From: Mobula hypostoma
Lineage: Eukaryota
Assembly (NCBI RefSeq): GCF_963921235.1
Contig: NC_086109.1
Span: forward strand, 5,210,001 to 5,270,000
Direction: 5' to 3'
Length of the DNA stretch: 60,000 nt
Numbering within the stretch: the first letter of the stretch is position 1; every line of letters starts with the position of its first letter. Below, one piece after another: positions 1-13,921 of the stretch. The position numbers were made by a program, and so were the translations under genes. The notes under the pieces are model-generated. The model had not been told where the DNA came from, searched no databases, and worked only from the letters and a program-made list of their open reading frames with translations.

Positions 1-429
1 GGAAGTAAAAATAAAGCATTTAGGGTTTGGTGTGTGGTGAGTCTAAGATACGGCCCCTGGTGAGGATGTGTGCTCTTTTTATTTCTTGGTGTTTTTACAT
101 TTGTTGCTCTCCTGCAAATTTTTTCCGCCTTCCAAAGAATGATACAGATCTGACAGGGCTCGGGGGCCTGTGACAAACCATATCCGGTGTGACTGGCTTA
201 TCGCTGGCAGTGTGTGGTTGAGATAGAGCCTGTTACAAGGGTGTAACAGAGTCAGCGGGAACAAGAACCAGGGTGAAACTGGAGAACCCACCACACTGCC
301 ATAGCTGGACTCAACCAACTGCATCAGGGCTTGGACAGAAGAAATTGTCCACTGCCCAGCGCCGAGATGCACTCCAGCTGCGAGTCCAACTCTTCGCAGA
401 ACAGCTAACGGTGAATTAACTGTCAGAGC

Positions 430-520
430 AGGCAAGAAACCACACTGTCAGCTGAGTGAGAGACAGGAAGAAGGTTAGAAGCGAGGTGGTTTATTTTAAA
501 AAGAGATTATATTTCCTGTT
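430..520. promoter_or_regulatory. RUNX/E-box/ETS motif cluster upstream of the TRAF3IP3 ATG exon
   Basis: AACCACA 438-444, CAGCTG 449-454, ACAGGAAG 463-470, TTCCTGT 513-519; further TGTGGT at 33, 213, 767, 1082. Motif evidence only. Confidence 0.35.
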
Positions 521-1243
521 TTACTTTGCAGAGCGGTGTGAGCACAGAGACCTGACAAGCTCCACAGCTAAACTATCATCTCAGCGGAATATCGCTCTCA
601 CTTTGAGAAGCCTGAAGCTGTCCAGGTCAACTCAGCCTGGAGCTCGCAGGGATCGGGAGGAGAGGCTGGGATGTAAACAACATCCACAGACAGACTCCAT
701 TCGTCCGAGTATCTCTGCAACCAGATCTACCCCTGGCTCTGTCCGGTGTGCGGATTACAAACAACGTGTGGTGAGGCCCCACTAACCTTCCATGGTCTGG
801 CTTGAGATGCTGAGATGGTGTTGGACGCCTAAACTGCAGACGGCAGCACCTCCAGGGGTGAGGGAGAGGGATAACCGAAAGGTCTGGATGAAGGTGAAAG
901 AGTTTCACTCCACGTGAAGGATTCCATTGGAAAGGAAAGCAATGGCTTCTGTGAGCGATTGATTGCACTGGTCTGAAACTTCAGTTATTTATGCATGACA
1001 GAACAGCTTCTAGTCCAAATAATGGTTTCTGTTGGATATCACCATTGGGTGCATCTAATTTAGTCAGTAACCTGATATTGCTGTGGTTAATTTGTTTTAT
1101 TTGCAAGTATTGGATCTAATTTCACCTGCAGGAACATTGGTGGGCCTTGGGATACGACTACAGTTTTTGAGGTACAGGCAGAACAACGCTTTGTTACCGA
1201 CATCGGCACCAGGAGGCCTGTCGGGCCAGTGCCAACTCTCAGG

Positions 1244-1594
1244 ATGACGGGTCTTTCTCCGAAGCGGGGTCTCAGCCAGGGTGGCGTGGGCTCAGCCAAG
1301 AAGAGGAGGCTGGTGACCGAGAGCTACGAGGAGAAGCTCGAGCGCAGGCATGAGAACCGCCAGAGCCTCTTCGGCCGAAACAACGTCACCTCCTGCCGCA
1401 GTTCACCGAAACGGCGTGGCGCAGAGCAGAGCTCGCGGCAGGAGGAGTTCTTGAAGCGGCGGAACCTGACAGCGGACGATAGCGTGGCGAAGACGAAGGC
1501 ACCCGCTGTGGCGCCCTGCAGGAGGGAGGGCGTAGGAGGAGTCAACGCTGGGGGTCCAGCACAATCACCACCAACATTAATCAAAGTAACACAG
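1244..1594 (+). CDS. TRAF3IP3: TRAF3IP3 coding exon 1 (MTGLSPKR...IKVTQ)
   Basis: ATG at 1244 (aggATGa); candidate upstream acceptor ctgcAG at 1130-1131; donor CAG|GTAAGA at 1595; phase 0. Confidence 0.9.
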
Positions 1595-3105
1595 GTAAGA
1601 CAGTCTGCATTTCTGAATCTGAATTAGAGTCAGGTTTATACCTCGTGAAAATCGTTAGTTTAGCAGCAGCAGGACAGTGCAATAGTTATAAGTTACTATA
1701 AGTTATAATAAGAAATATATCTAAAAATAAACAGTTCAAGAAAGCAGCATCCAACATCAAGCACCCCCTCCAGGAAGGAGAGAAGGAGATACAGGAGCCT
1801 CAGGGCTCACACCAGGAAGCGTTTTCACTCCTGAACCAGTGTGGAGAGCCTCACTCACCGTTACTCCGAACAGATTCCATACGTTCACTTTCAATGACTC
1901 TTTGCAACTCCTGTTCTCAGTATTTATTGTTTTATTTACTTGCTACTTACTTATTCGTTTCTTTGTGCGCAGCTTGTCTTCTTCTGCACTTTGGTTGTTT
2001 GGCAGATTAGTTTACATATACTTTAAAAAATTCTTCCTGTAAACGCCCGAAAGAAAAACGAACCTCAAGGAAGTACAATATATGGTAACGTATACATTCT
2101 TTGATAATAAATTTGCTTTGAACTTCAAAGATTTCAAAGGTTTGAAGTTACAGAATTTATTTAGTACACATCCTGAAATTCATCCTCTTCACAGACGTTC
2201 ACAAAACAAAGAAACCCTGTGGAACAATAGAAACATCGAAGCCTAAAGCCCCCTTCCCTTCACACCAGCAGCAACAAGTATTGACCCCCCCACTCCCACC
2301 CACGCCAGCAGAAACACCGAACCCAGCCCCAAACCCCCACTATGCAAGCAACAGGAAAAGCACCTAGAGACAATCAAACTACAGTCCAGAAACCAGAACA
2401 AAAGAGAGTAAAATAGCAGGTTGGTGTTCACCGATTCACAGACCACAATTCTCTGCCTGATTTCCCTCCCACCACCTCATCGAGAAGCCTGGCCTAGTAC
2501 AAAGTTCTCCACACCCTGGCCTAGTACACAGTGACACAGCCTCTTTGGAGGGATTTCTAAAGGCTCACAATCTCCCAGACACACATGTAGATTCACAGAC
2601 TCATACAGCACAGAATCAGGTCCTTCAGCCCATTTCCCATCTAAGCCTGTCCCATTTGCCCATGTTTGGCCTGTCTCTTTCTAGATCTTTCCTATCCACA
2701 GACCTGTCTAACTGCTGTTGTTATTAAACGTGAAATGTGTGCACAGGCATATTAACAAATAAAAATATTAGATGAAGTGGCCTAATATCAGAGACAAAAC
2801 ATATACAGGAAAAGTATAAAATAACCACATAATTAACAAGAAAGGAGACAGTTAGAACAAGAATGAGTCTGTTTTCGTGCAAGGTGGACATAGTGTAGTT
2901 GTACTGCTGATGGCCAATGGCTCTCTCCCATGTCAACCTATGAGAAATATACCTTGTAAGACAAAGATCATCGATGTTATAGAAGTTAGTTAGGGCTGAT
3001 CTTCTCAAGGAAAGAGATCGAATGAGTCATCATTCAAAGCCATCTTCACACCATCACACCTGGACACAAGCAGGAAGACTGTGAATGCTGGGACGTTCCA
3101 GGAAA

Positions 3106-5396
3106 ATAGAAACATAGAAACATAGAAAATAGGTGCAGGAGTAGGCCATTCGGCCCTTCGAGCCTGCACCGCCATTTATTATGATCATGGCTGATCATCC
3201 AACTCAGAACCCAGCCTTCCCTCCATACCCCCTGACCCCTGTAGCCACAAGGGCCATATCTAACTTCCTTTTAAACATAGCTAATGAACTGGCCTCAACA
3301 GTTTGCTGTGGCAGAGAATTCCACAGATTCACCACTCTCTGTGTGAAGAAGTTTTTCCTAATCTCGGTCCTAAAAGGCTTCCCCTCTATCCTCAAACTGT
3401 GACCCCTCGTTCTGGACCTCCCCAACATCGGGAACAATCTTCCCGCATCTAGCCTGTCCAATCCCTTTAGGGTCTTATACGTTTCAATCAGATCCCCCCT
3501 CAATCTTCTAAATTCCAATGAGTACAAGCCCAGTTCATCCAGTCTTTCTTCATATGAAAGACCTGCCATCCCAGGAATCAATCTGGTGAACCTTCTTTGT
3601 ACTCCCTCTATGGCAAAGATGTCTTTCCTCAGATTAGGGGACCAAAACTGCACACAATATTCCAGGTGTGGTCTCACCAAGGCCTTGTACAACTGCAGTA
3701 GTACCTCCCTGCTCCTGTACTCGAATCCTCTCGCTATAAATGCCAGCATACCGTTCGCCTTTTTCACCGCCTGCTATACCTGCATGCCCACTTTCAATGA
3801 CTGGTGTATAATGACACCCAGGTCTCGTTGTACCTCCCCTTTTCCTAATCGGCCACCATTCAGATAATAATCTGTTTTCCTATTTTTGCCACCAAAGTGG
3901 ATAACTTCACATTTATCCACATTAAATTGCATCTGCCATGAGTTTGCCCACTCACCCAACCTATCCAAGTCACCCTGCATCCTCTTAGCATCCTCCTCAC
4001 TGCTAACACTGCCACCCAGCTTCGTGTCATCCGCAAACTTGGAGATGCTGCATTTAATTCCCTCATCCAAGTCATTAATATATATTGTAAACAACTGGGG
4101 TCCCAGCACTGAGCCTTGCGGTACCCCACTAGTCACCGCCTGCCATTCTGAAAAGGTCCCGTTTATTCCCACTCTTTGCTTCCTGTCTGCTAACCAATTC
4201 TCCACCCACACCAATACCTTACCCCCAATACCGTGTGCTTTAAGTTTGCACACTAATCTCCTGTGTGGGACCTTGTCAAAAGCCTTTTGAAATTCCAAAT
4301 ATACCACATCCACTGGTTCTCCCCTATCCACTCTACTAGTTACATCCTCAAAAAATTCTATGAGATTCGTCAGACATGATTTTCCTTTCACAAATCCATG
4401 CTGACTTTGTCCGATCATTTCACCGCTTTCCAAATGTGCTGTTATCACATCCTTGATAACTGACTCCAGCAGTTTCCCCACCACCGACATTAGGCTAACC
4501 GGTCTATAATTCCCCGGTTTCTCTCTCCCTCCTTTTTTAAAAAGTGGGGTTACATTAGCCACCCTCCAATCCTCAGGAACTAGTCCAGAATCTAACGAGT
4601 TTTGAAAAATTATCACTAATGCATCCACTATTTCTTGGGCTACTTCCTTAAGCACTCTGGGATGCAGACCATCTGGCCCTGGGGATTTATCTGCCTTCAA
4701 TCCCTTCAATTTACCTAACACCACTTCCCTACTAACATGTATTTCGCTCAGTTCCTCCATCTCACTGGACCCTCTGTCCCTTACTATTTCTGGAAGATTA
4801 TTTATGTCCTCCTTAGTGAAGACAGAACCAAAGTAATTATTCAATTGGTCTGCCATGTCCTTGCTCCCCATAATCAATTCACCTGTTTCTGTTTGCAGGG
4901 GACCTACATTTGTCTTTATCAGTCTTTTCCTTTTTACATATCTATAAAAGCTTTTACAGTCCGTTTTTATGTTCTCTGCCAGTTTTCTCTCATAATCTTT
5001 TTTCCCCTTCCTAATTAAGCCCTTTGTCGTCCTCTGCTGAACTCTGAATTTCTCCCAGTCCTCAGGTGAGCCACTTTCTCTGGCTAATTTGTATGCTACT
5101 TCTTTGGAATTGATACTATCCCTAATTTCTCTTGTCAGCCACGGGTGCACTACCTTCCTTGATTTATTCTTTTGCCAAACTGGGATGAACAATTGTTGTA
5201 GTTCATCCATGCAACCTTTAAATGCCTGCCATTGCATATCCACCGTCAATTTGCCAGTCTATCTTAGCTAATTCACGACTCATACCTTCAAAGTTACCCC
5301 TCTTTAAGTTCAGAACCTTTGTTTCTGAATTAATTACGTCACTCTCCATGTTAATGAAGAATTCCACCATATTATGGTCACTCTTACCCAAGGGGC
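3106..5396 (-). mobile_element. Young 5'-truncated CR1-clade (HER1-like) LINE
   Basis: RT motifs PGPDG, NYRPVSL, GVPQGSVLGP, KFADDTKL; endonuclease-end SDHN; 3' tail (TATGTTTC)n at about 3106-3126; one in-frame TAG (3776-3774) and one frameshift near 5250. Confidence 0.95.
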
Positions 5397-8300
5397 TTGG
5401 AAAATCTTCCAAGCTTCCAGGTTTAGGAACAGTTAATACCCTCAACCATCAGGGTCCTGAATCACTCACTCACCCCAATACTGAACTGATTCTGCAACGT
5501 AGGGTCTCACTTCCAAGAACTCTACAACTCATGATCTCAATATTATTTATTACTTGTTTATTCATTATTATTTTTGTCTTTAGTATTTGCACAGTGTGTT
5601 ATCTTTTGCACATTGGTTTTATGTCCTTGTTTCTGTGTGTTTTTTCATTGATTCACTGGTGTTTTTTTGTTTTTACTGTGAATGCCTGAAGGAGAATGAA
5701 TCTAAGGGTAGTCTATGGTGACATGTGCATACTTTGATGATAAAATTACTTTGACTTTGAACTTTGAAATAGAATTTGAGAAAAAACTGCTCAAGCAAGA
5801 GGGCTGTCCAAATGATAGCAATAAGCCACAGGGAGTTTGACCTGACAGAGCCATTAGATAGTACAGATTCCACCTCCACCCCCCACCCCCCACCCCCGGT
5901 CATACTTAAGATTGTGAAGCTGGTAGATTAATGCAGGTGTATTAAAATGGAACAAGATGCAAAAATCCCCGATCAATCAACTTCAACACTCTTCACTGGG
6001 CATAGGCTTCCAAGCTTGCTGAGATTCAAAAGTCCTTGTTTGTCTTTGGTAGGTCATGCCCTGTGGATTAAAATAGTGACCTGATTTCAAAATGCCCAGT
6101 GTTTATCTACCTATCGATCTATCTATTTACTGACAGTGTGGAATAGGCCCTTCGACCCTTCCAGCCATGCTGCCCAGCAACCCCCGATTTAACCCTAACC
6201 TAAATCATGGGACAATTTACAATGAACAATTAACCGACTCACCGCACACGTCTTTAGACTTGTGAGGAGACCAGAGCACCCGCGAAAACCCGCGCACTGC
6301 ACGGGGAGAACGTAGAAACTCCTTCCAGAGGACTCAGGGATCGAACTCCAAGCTCCGAAGCCCTGAGCTGTAATAGCGCCACGCTAATTGCTATGCTACT
6401 GTGGGGCCCACAGCTAACGTACTCAAAGCCAAAGTCAAGCTTATTGTCATATTCACAAGTGCACGTGTACTTGGCTGAATCCTGGTGTGGCCGCTCAGGG
6501 TGGAACACGGCTAATTCCTTCCATCAGTTCCATGAGAGGGAAGTTTCCTTAAGACCATAAGATAGAATTAGGCCCTTTGGCCCATTGAGTCTGGCCCACC
6601 ATTCCATCATGGGTCAACCTCATTCTCCTCCCTTCTCCTTGTAACCTTTGATGCCCTGAAAATTCAAGAACCTATCAACCTCTGCTTTAAATATACCCCA
6701 TGACTTGGCCTCCACAGCCTTCTGTGGCAACGAATTCTATTGATTCACTACCCTCTGGCCAAAGAGATTGCTTCTCATCTCCTCAGGGAACAGATGACAT
6801 TCTGGAACCATGTCCCTGGGTCTGCATCCTTCAGATTCTGTCCTCTCACTGCCTCTCTTGACGTCTTACGATGCACTGAGCTCTCCCTGATGGCTCTCTG
6901 TATAGGAATTGACGTCTGCTAAAAGTCACTCTCATGTTGGCATCCAAACAGAAAACTAACTTTACAACTTTTGAAGTTTGGAAAGGTAGGGATAAAGAGT
7001 GAGAATAAGAAGGTGAGGGAGGAGAAGGAGTACAAGCTGGCAGGTGATAGGTGTGACCAGGTGAGAGGGAAGGTGTGTGGGTGGGGGAGGGGAATGATGT
7101 GAAAGCTGGGAGGTGATTGGTTGAAAAAGTAAAGGGCTGAAGAAGAAAGAATCTCATGTGAGAGGAGAGTTGTCCATGGGAGAAAGGGATGGAGGAGAGA
7201 ATCCAGGAGGTGATGGGCAGGTGAGAGGAAGAGAAGGGATGAGGGGAGCCAGAATCAGGAAAGGAAGAGAGAGAAGGGGGAGGGGGTAGAAATTACCAGA
7301 AGTTAGAGATTTCAATGTTCGTGCTATCAGGTACAAAGTTCAAAGTAAATTTTCTTCTGGGCACACACAATGAACCTATAGAATAATAACCATAACAAAA
7401 TCAATGAAATACTACACAACTAGGGCGATCAATCAGTGTGCAAATACAAAAAGAAGAAATAATAATAATAAATGAATAAACAATAAATATCAAAAGATGA
7501 TGTTGGGTTGAAGAGTCTTTGAATGTGAGTCCATAGGTTGTGGGAACATTTCACTGATGGAGCAAGTGAAGTTATCCCCTCTGGTTCAGGAGCCTGATGG
7601 TTGAGGGGTAGTAACTGTTCCTGACCCTGGTGGTGTGAGTCCTGAGGCTCCTGTACCTTCTTCCTGATGGCAGAAGCAAGAAGAGAGCCTGACCTTGGAG
7701 GTAGGGGTCCCTGACGATGGGGGCCACCCAGACGGAGTATGAGGTGTTGCTCCTCCAGTCTGAGAGAGGTCTCTTCACAGCAGTAGAGGAGGCCGAGGAC
7801 CAACATGTGGCATGGGAACAGGGAAGTAGAATGGGCACAGGGAAATCAAGCCTGTGGCATCAGTCCTGATGCTTTCTGAACTCCCAGATCTTTAACACAT
7901 AGTAGTATTTTGTTCCTCGGTCAGTGATCTTGCTGTAATTCAATAGTTTCAAAGGTACATTTAATGTCAGAGAAATGTATACAATATACATCCTGAAATT
8001 CTTTTTCTTTGCAAACATCCACCAAAACAGAGGGGTGCCCCAAAGAATGAATGACAGTTAAGTGTTAGAACCCCAAAGCCACCCCATCTCCCCCCTCCCA
8101 TGCATAAACAGCAGCAAAGCAAAGACACCCCCCTCCCCCACCAGCAAAAAAGCATTGGCACCCCCTCCCCCACCGAGCACTCAAGTGTGCGGCAAAGCAT
8201 CAAAAAGACACGGACTTGCATTACCCCGAACACTACTCCTTCACCTGGTATTCGACATACCATAGGCTCTCTCTCTTTCCCTAATAAGGGAAAAAGAGGT

Positions 8301-9552
8301 GTCCCCATTTCACAGCGAGAGGGGAGGCTTAACAAAGCAACTCGCTGATTTATGGTGTAAAAAGTCTGTTGCGTCGCTTTTTCTGAACTCTGTGCCCAAA
8401 GAATTCGAGTCTCTGGGCACACAGCCAGCAGCCAGCTCACTGCTTACAATCTTCCGCCTCCCTCGATACATCACTGGCCTCGAATCCGCCCGCCTCCAGA
8501 GCCAGGAATATCCGGCACCCTGAAGATGCACCAGTACTCCAGGCTGCATCCTTGGCATATCGAAAAGCGGCTGGCTGAGAGTGGGATCCACTTCCGTAAA
8601 AAACCAAAGTCAGCGCATAACTCCAGGTCAGGGTCTTCAAAACAACCTTGAAAGGGGAAAACAGAGATTTCAAAGATAGAAATAGAGCTGTTTCTGAAGA
8701 TGCAAGCAAAGGATTCACCGTTAGGTGCCATCGTCTCCAAAGCTCCTGGTGCCCTCTGACCTGATGAAGGGAATGAGCCTCATGCCAGCAGCCCACCACC
8801 CTGAGCAAGCACACTTTCATCTCGGTATGAGTATCCAGGGTCCATGTCAGCATCTTTCTCTGGTTACAAATGGGTTATTGGGCAATTTACCTGTGTCTGT
8901 GGGTCTGTAGTCACACACAGACTGGGTCAGACCGAAGCAATAAACCTACTCTGGAAGACATTAGTGAAGTAAATATTTATTTTATATTTGATTTGATTTT
9001 ATTGAGATACAGGGCAGAATAAACCCTTCCAGGCCTTCAAGCTGGGCCAGTCAGCAACTGCTGATTTAACCCTAGCCTAACCACGGGACAACTTACAAAG
9101 CCCAGTGAACCTACCAACCAGTACGTCTTTGGAGCATGGGAGGAAACCGGAGCACCCGGTGGAAACCCACGTACAGGGCAGTAGTGGGGATTGGGCCCGG
9201 GTCGCCTGTACTGTGAAGCGTTGTGCTAACCACTTCCCTACTGTGTGCTGACACAAAAACAGAAAATTCAGGAAGAGCTCACAGTGTCACAGGGGATCAG
9301 GCCCTTCGGCCCGACCTGGCCGTGCCCATCCAAGCGAGTCCCAGTTTTCAGATTCAGGTTCGTTTATTTCTCACATGCGTCGTTTGAGTTAAAACCAACA
9401 CAATCTACAGACGTGCTGGGAGCAAGAGTCACCACACATTGCAGCACCAATATAGCATGCTTGCAATATTTGACAGTGTTGGCTCATAACATACATAACA
9501 TTTATTTATTTATTTACTTACTTGCTTATTGATTGATTGATTAATTGATTGA

Positions 9553-9829
9553 TTGAGATACAATGCAGAACAGACCCTTCTGGCCCTTTGAGCCCCGCTG
9601 CCCAGCAACCCCTGATTTAATCCTAGTCTAATCGCGGGACAATTTACAATCACCAATTAACCTACCAACTGGTACATCTTTGGACTGTGGGAGGAAACCA
9701 GAGCACCCGGAGGAAACCCACGCAGTCACGGGGAGAACGTACAAAGTCTTTACAGGCAGCAGTGGGAATTGAACCTGGGTCGCCAGTACTGTAAAGTGTT
9801 CTGCTAACCACTTCGTTACTGTGGCACCC
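9553..9829 (-). mobile_element. V-SINE (HE1-like); further copies about 6134, 9003, 13405, 16895, 33667, 35620, 53790
   Basis: tctttggactgtgggaggaaaccagagcacccggaggaaacccacgc (reverse V-domain). Confidence 0.8.
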
Positions 9830-12233
9830 GTCCAATTAACATCTGTCCAAATCTCTTTAATAAGTTATTATTTTATCTGCCTTAACTACTTCCTCTGGCA
9901 GCTTATTCCACATATATACCAACCTTTGTGTAAAGAAGTTGCCCTTCAAGTCCCTATTAAACCTTTCTCCCCTGTGCCCTTGAGTTTTTGATTCTCCAAT
10001 CTTTGGAAAAAAACTGTGCGCATTCACCCGATCTGTGCCCCTCATGACTTTATATGCCTCTGCAATACTAACACACACACACAAATGATGGAGGAACCCA
10101 GCAGGTCAGGCAGGATCTATGGAAGTGAATAAATGGGTGATGTTTCAGGCCGAGACCCTTCTTCAGGACTGAAAATGAAGGGGAAGGATGCCAGAATGAA
10201 AAGGTGGGGTGGGGGGAGAAAAAGGAGGCTAGCTGGAAGGTGATAGGTGTCCAGGTGGGTGGGAAGAGTCAAGGGCTGGAGAAGGAGGAGGGTCCCAGGG
10301 GCAGGTGATAGGCTGTTGATAAGAGTTAAAAGGTCAGTGTGGGGAATAGAGGAAAGGGGGGAACTTCTATATATGCAGTTCTCAGTCTCCTACACTCCAA
10401 GGAATAAATTCCTATTCTGCCCAACCTCTCCCTATTACTTAGTCCCTGAAGCCCTGACAAAAATCTTGTAAATATTTTTTGCATCCTTTCAAGTTGAAGG
10501 ACACCTTTCTTATAGCAGCATGACCAACATTGAACACAATATTCCAGTCGAGGTCTCATCACTGTTCTAGATAACCACATCATACCATCCCAACTTTTAT
10601 ACTCAGTCCCCTGACTGATGAAGGCCAACGCGCCAACCCCAGCTACTCAAACAGTATCTTAACATTCTGGGTCAGGAGTAGACATGGATCTCAAAGCAAC
10701 ACTCAGGAAGTGAATCAAAACCCTGACTGGTATGTCTTTCCACAGATGCTGCCCGACTGGTTGAGATCTTTCAACCTTTCTGCTTTTATTTCAGATTCTG
10801 ACATCTACAGTTAGAACATAGAACACAGAACAATACAGCACAGAACAGGCCCTTCGGCTGACAATGTTGTGCTGAACCAGCTAAAAAGTAAATTAAACAA
10901 CCCCCAATAACCAATCCTTCCTACCTACATGATGTCCATATCTCTCCATCTTCCTCACATTCATGCATCTATCTCTTAAAAGTCTCTAATGTATTTGCTT
11001 CTACCACCATACCAGGCAGTGCATTCCAGGCATCCACAACTCTCTGAGTAAAAAAAACATGCTGCCTGGATAATGAAGGACACGACCCACTCAGCCAACA
11101 CACTTTTTGTCTCTCTTCCCTCCGGGAGAAGGCTCAGGAGCTTGAAGACTCGTACGGCCAGATTTGGGAACAGCTTCTTTCCAACTGTGATAAGACTGCT
11201 GAACGGATCCTGACCCAGATCTGGGCCGTGTCCTCCAAATATCCGGACCTGCCTCTCGGTTTTTTAGCATTACTTTACTTTCCATTTTCTATTTATGATT
11301 TATAATTTAAATTTTTAATATTTACTATCGATTTGTACTCCAGGGAGCGGGAAGCGCAGAATTAAATATCACTGTGATGATTGTATGTTCTAGTATCAAT
11401 TGTTTGGCGACAATGAAGTATAAAGTATAAAAAACTTACCCTTCCCATCCTCTTTGAACCTACCCCCTCTCATCTTCAATGTTCTTTGGTAATTCTATTG
11501 TGACAGGTTATCTTGTAAGGCCTGTCCCAGGAAAGGAGTACATCTCCTAACACATGTTAGTCTCTGTGGCAATGCTGTAGTTCACTCTCAGTTGTGCCGT
11601 CAATGGTTATAAGGCAATACAGCTTCTGGATCTGATAGTGGAAGTTGTCTCTGCCAGTCATGTCCACATTCTGCCTGAACAACAGAAGCTTGCTTCCATT
11701 GACATTTACGTCAGTGTTGAGTCAGTGCGGGGAAAAAGATACAGGAGCAACAGATCAACATAACAAACATTTCTAGTGTAAATGGTACCCAGGAAATTCC
11801 TTCAGAGCCTCAGCCAGTTGTGTCAAGTCGAGTCTCTTCCGGTTACTTATTCACCCCGCCTTCCTCCCTTCTCTCTTTTTCCATTCCCCCTTCTGGTACC
11901 CCACCTCTCACCCCTCTTTTCTCCTCACCTGCCCTCTGGAGCCCTTCCTCCTTCGCGTTCCCTCATGGTCCACTCTCCTGTCCTATCAGATTCCGTCTTC
12001 TTTAGTCCTTTACCTCTTCCACCTATCGTGTCCCAGCTTCTTACTTCATCCCCCCTCCCCCACCCACCTACCTTCCCCCTCACCTGGTTTCACCTATCAC
12101 CTGCCAGCTTCTACTCCTTCCCCTCTCCACCCCTTTTCTTATTTTCACTCTTCCTCCTTCCTTTCCAGTCTCGATGAAGAGTCTTGACCTTCTGATTCAA
12201 ATTCATGTAGGTATCACATATACATTGAAAGCA

Positions 12234-12603
12234 AGGTGTTGAGGTGGAGATACGTCTCTACCAAAGGAGGTGTAAGGCGCTCCTTCCCTCTGCTAACCTG
12301 CAGGTCACCCTCGGGCAAGGTGTAGCACCTGCTTAGCCCCCGATCCAGGTCATGTGAAGCCACGGGAGCAGGTGGTGGATGGTCGTATGAGCAGCTGGTG
12401 CATATCACAAGTCCTGGTTACGTGACCACTGACGCCAGGCAGACAATCTCTGAAGAGTATTGATAATGGCTGGGGTCACCCGTCTTGTGAAGACACTGCC
12501 CAGAAGAAGGCAATGGCAAACCACTTCTGTAGAAAGATGCTAAGAACAATCAGGGTCATGGAAAGACCATGACCACCCATGTCATACGACACAGCAGATA
12601 ACG
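12234..12603 (+). mobile_element. About 370-bp RTE-related non-autonomous retroelement (copies about 25653-25997 -, 35175-35552 +, 43728-44123 +, 54060-54437 -, split 55628-56513 +)
   Basis: Near-identical dispersed copies; GAAGGCAATGGCAAACCACT segment resembling Bov-A/RTE ends; (GAT)n tail in several copies. Confidence 0.7.
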
Positions 12604-12787
12604 AACAAATGAACATTGAAAAATATAGTGAAATACCTAAGGATTGCTGGGGGCAGCCCACAAGTATCGCCCCATATTCTAGTGCTAACATAGCAAGCCC
12701 GCCATGTTCAGTCATGTTCGGTCTGGTTTAATTGCTACCTGACAATACAAGTGATCTCACTCTCTACCTCTCTCTCTCACTCTGCAG

Positions 12788-12938
12788 GTCTTTCCACAGG
12801 TTGGGTTAGCTAACGGTGGCTTGTCGTTAAGCGGCCAGCTCAGTCAGAGGGCAGCAAAAGACTCGACTCTCAGTTTCCTCACCGACACGCTCAACCAGAC
12901 CGATGCCATCTTCAAGAAGGACTCCAAAAGAGATAAAG
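12788..12938 (+). CDS. TRAF3IP3: TRAF3IP3 coding exon 2 (VFPQVG...KKDSKRDK)
   Basis: Polypyrimidine tract plus tctgcAG; donor AAG|GTGAGA; phase 0 to 1. An alternative in-frame acceptor would start at 12800. Confidence 0.8.
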
Positions 12939-12967
12939 GTGAGAGCTGGAAGCAGTACAGCTGGTAT

Positions 12968-13170
12968 GGTGACACTTCACCGGCGAATCTGCTGGGGTTG
13001 TCTATTGTGTCCGGGGCTCCCGATACAGCCTCCTCTGCAATTTGGGGACTGCTTCACTGAGCACCTCCGCATCATCAGCCTCAAATGGGACTTCCTGTTG
13101 ACCAAACATTTTAATTCTCATTCCCATTCCTGCTCCAACGTGTTGCTCCATGACCTCCTCTTGTGCATTC
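12968..13170 (+). mobile_element. Penelope-like GIY-YIG endonuclease fragment
   Basis: HFTGESAGVVYCVRGSRYSLL (decayed VVY..C..C..YIG) and FTEHLR..KHFNSHSHS. Confidence 0.65.
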
Positions 13171-13328
13171 TGTGTGTGAAGCTGGTACATGTTTGGGGTT
13201 TGGTCGTTGTCTGTAATGATGGGTAGAAGTCAGGACCTCGGGTTGGAGGATGTGGATGTCCTGAATAGCACACACTAAAATGCTGGAGGAACTCAGCAGG
13301 GCGGGCAACATCCATGGAAGGGAATAAA

Positions 13329-13365
13329 CAGTCGACGTTTCGGGCCAAGAGCCTTCATCAGGACT
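13329..13365 (-). ncRNA. Hammerhead motif, intact core with one stem II mismatch
   Basis: Reverse strand reads AGTC-CTGATGA-AGGCTCTTGGCCC-GAAA-CGTC-GACTG within a Penelope-like terminal repeat (about 13255-13365). Confidence 0.65.
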
Positions 13366-13921
13366 TGTATACCAGTGCTAAGCTTCTCCAGCACTTCACT
13401 GTTAGATTTAGCGATACAACTTGGTAACAGGCTCTTCCGGCTTAATGAGCCGCCACCACCCAATTACACCAATGTGACCCATTAACCCATCAACTGGCAC
13501 GTCTTTGGACTGTGGGAGGAAACTGGAGCACCTGGAGGAAACCCACACGGTCACGGGGAGAGCGTACAAACTCCTTATGGACAGCGGTGGGACTGAATCT
13601 GGGTTGCTAGCGCTGTAGTTGCGTTATGCCAACCGCTACGCAACTGTACCAGCAACGTGTGTGCTGTTCAAGATTTCCAGCTTCTGCAGAATCTCCTGTG
13701 TGCACGTCCTGACTGACCTGCACTCTGAGCCCAATCAGATTTTGATGGGAGTTACAGCCAAGAGCACGACTAGACTCTCCGGTTAATCGTCTGCTGTGAT
13801 TACTTTCATATGGCTTGGATTGTTTTAGTGTCTGTGTTTCATGAAATCCACCATTCTACCTAATGTCGCTAATTTGTGTATTTGAATAGGATTATCTCCT
13901 TCCTATATCCATTCCAACTGG

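Noticed and set aside
3204..5249. Two RT ORFs as a possible readthrough or domesticated gene
   Set aside because: Best explained as a single C-to-T nonsense mutation in a 5'-truncated LINE that also has a mutated catalytic Asp.
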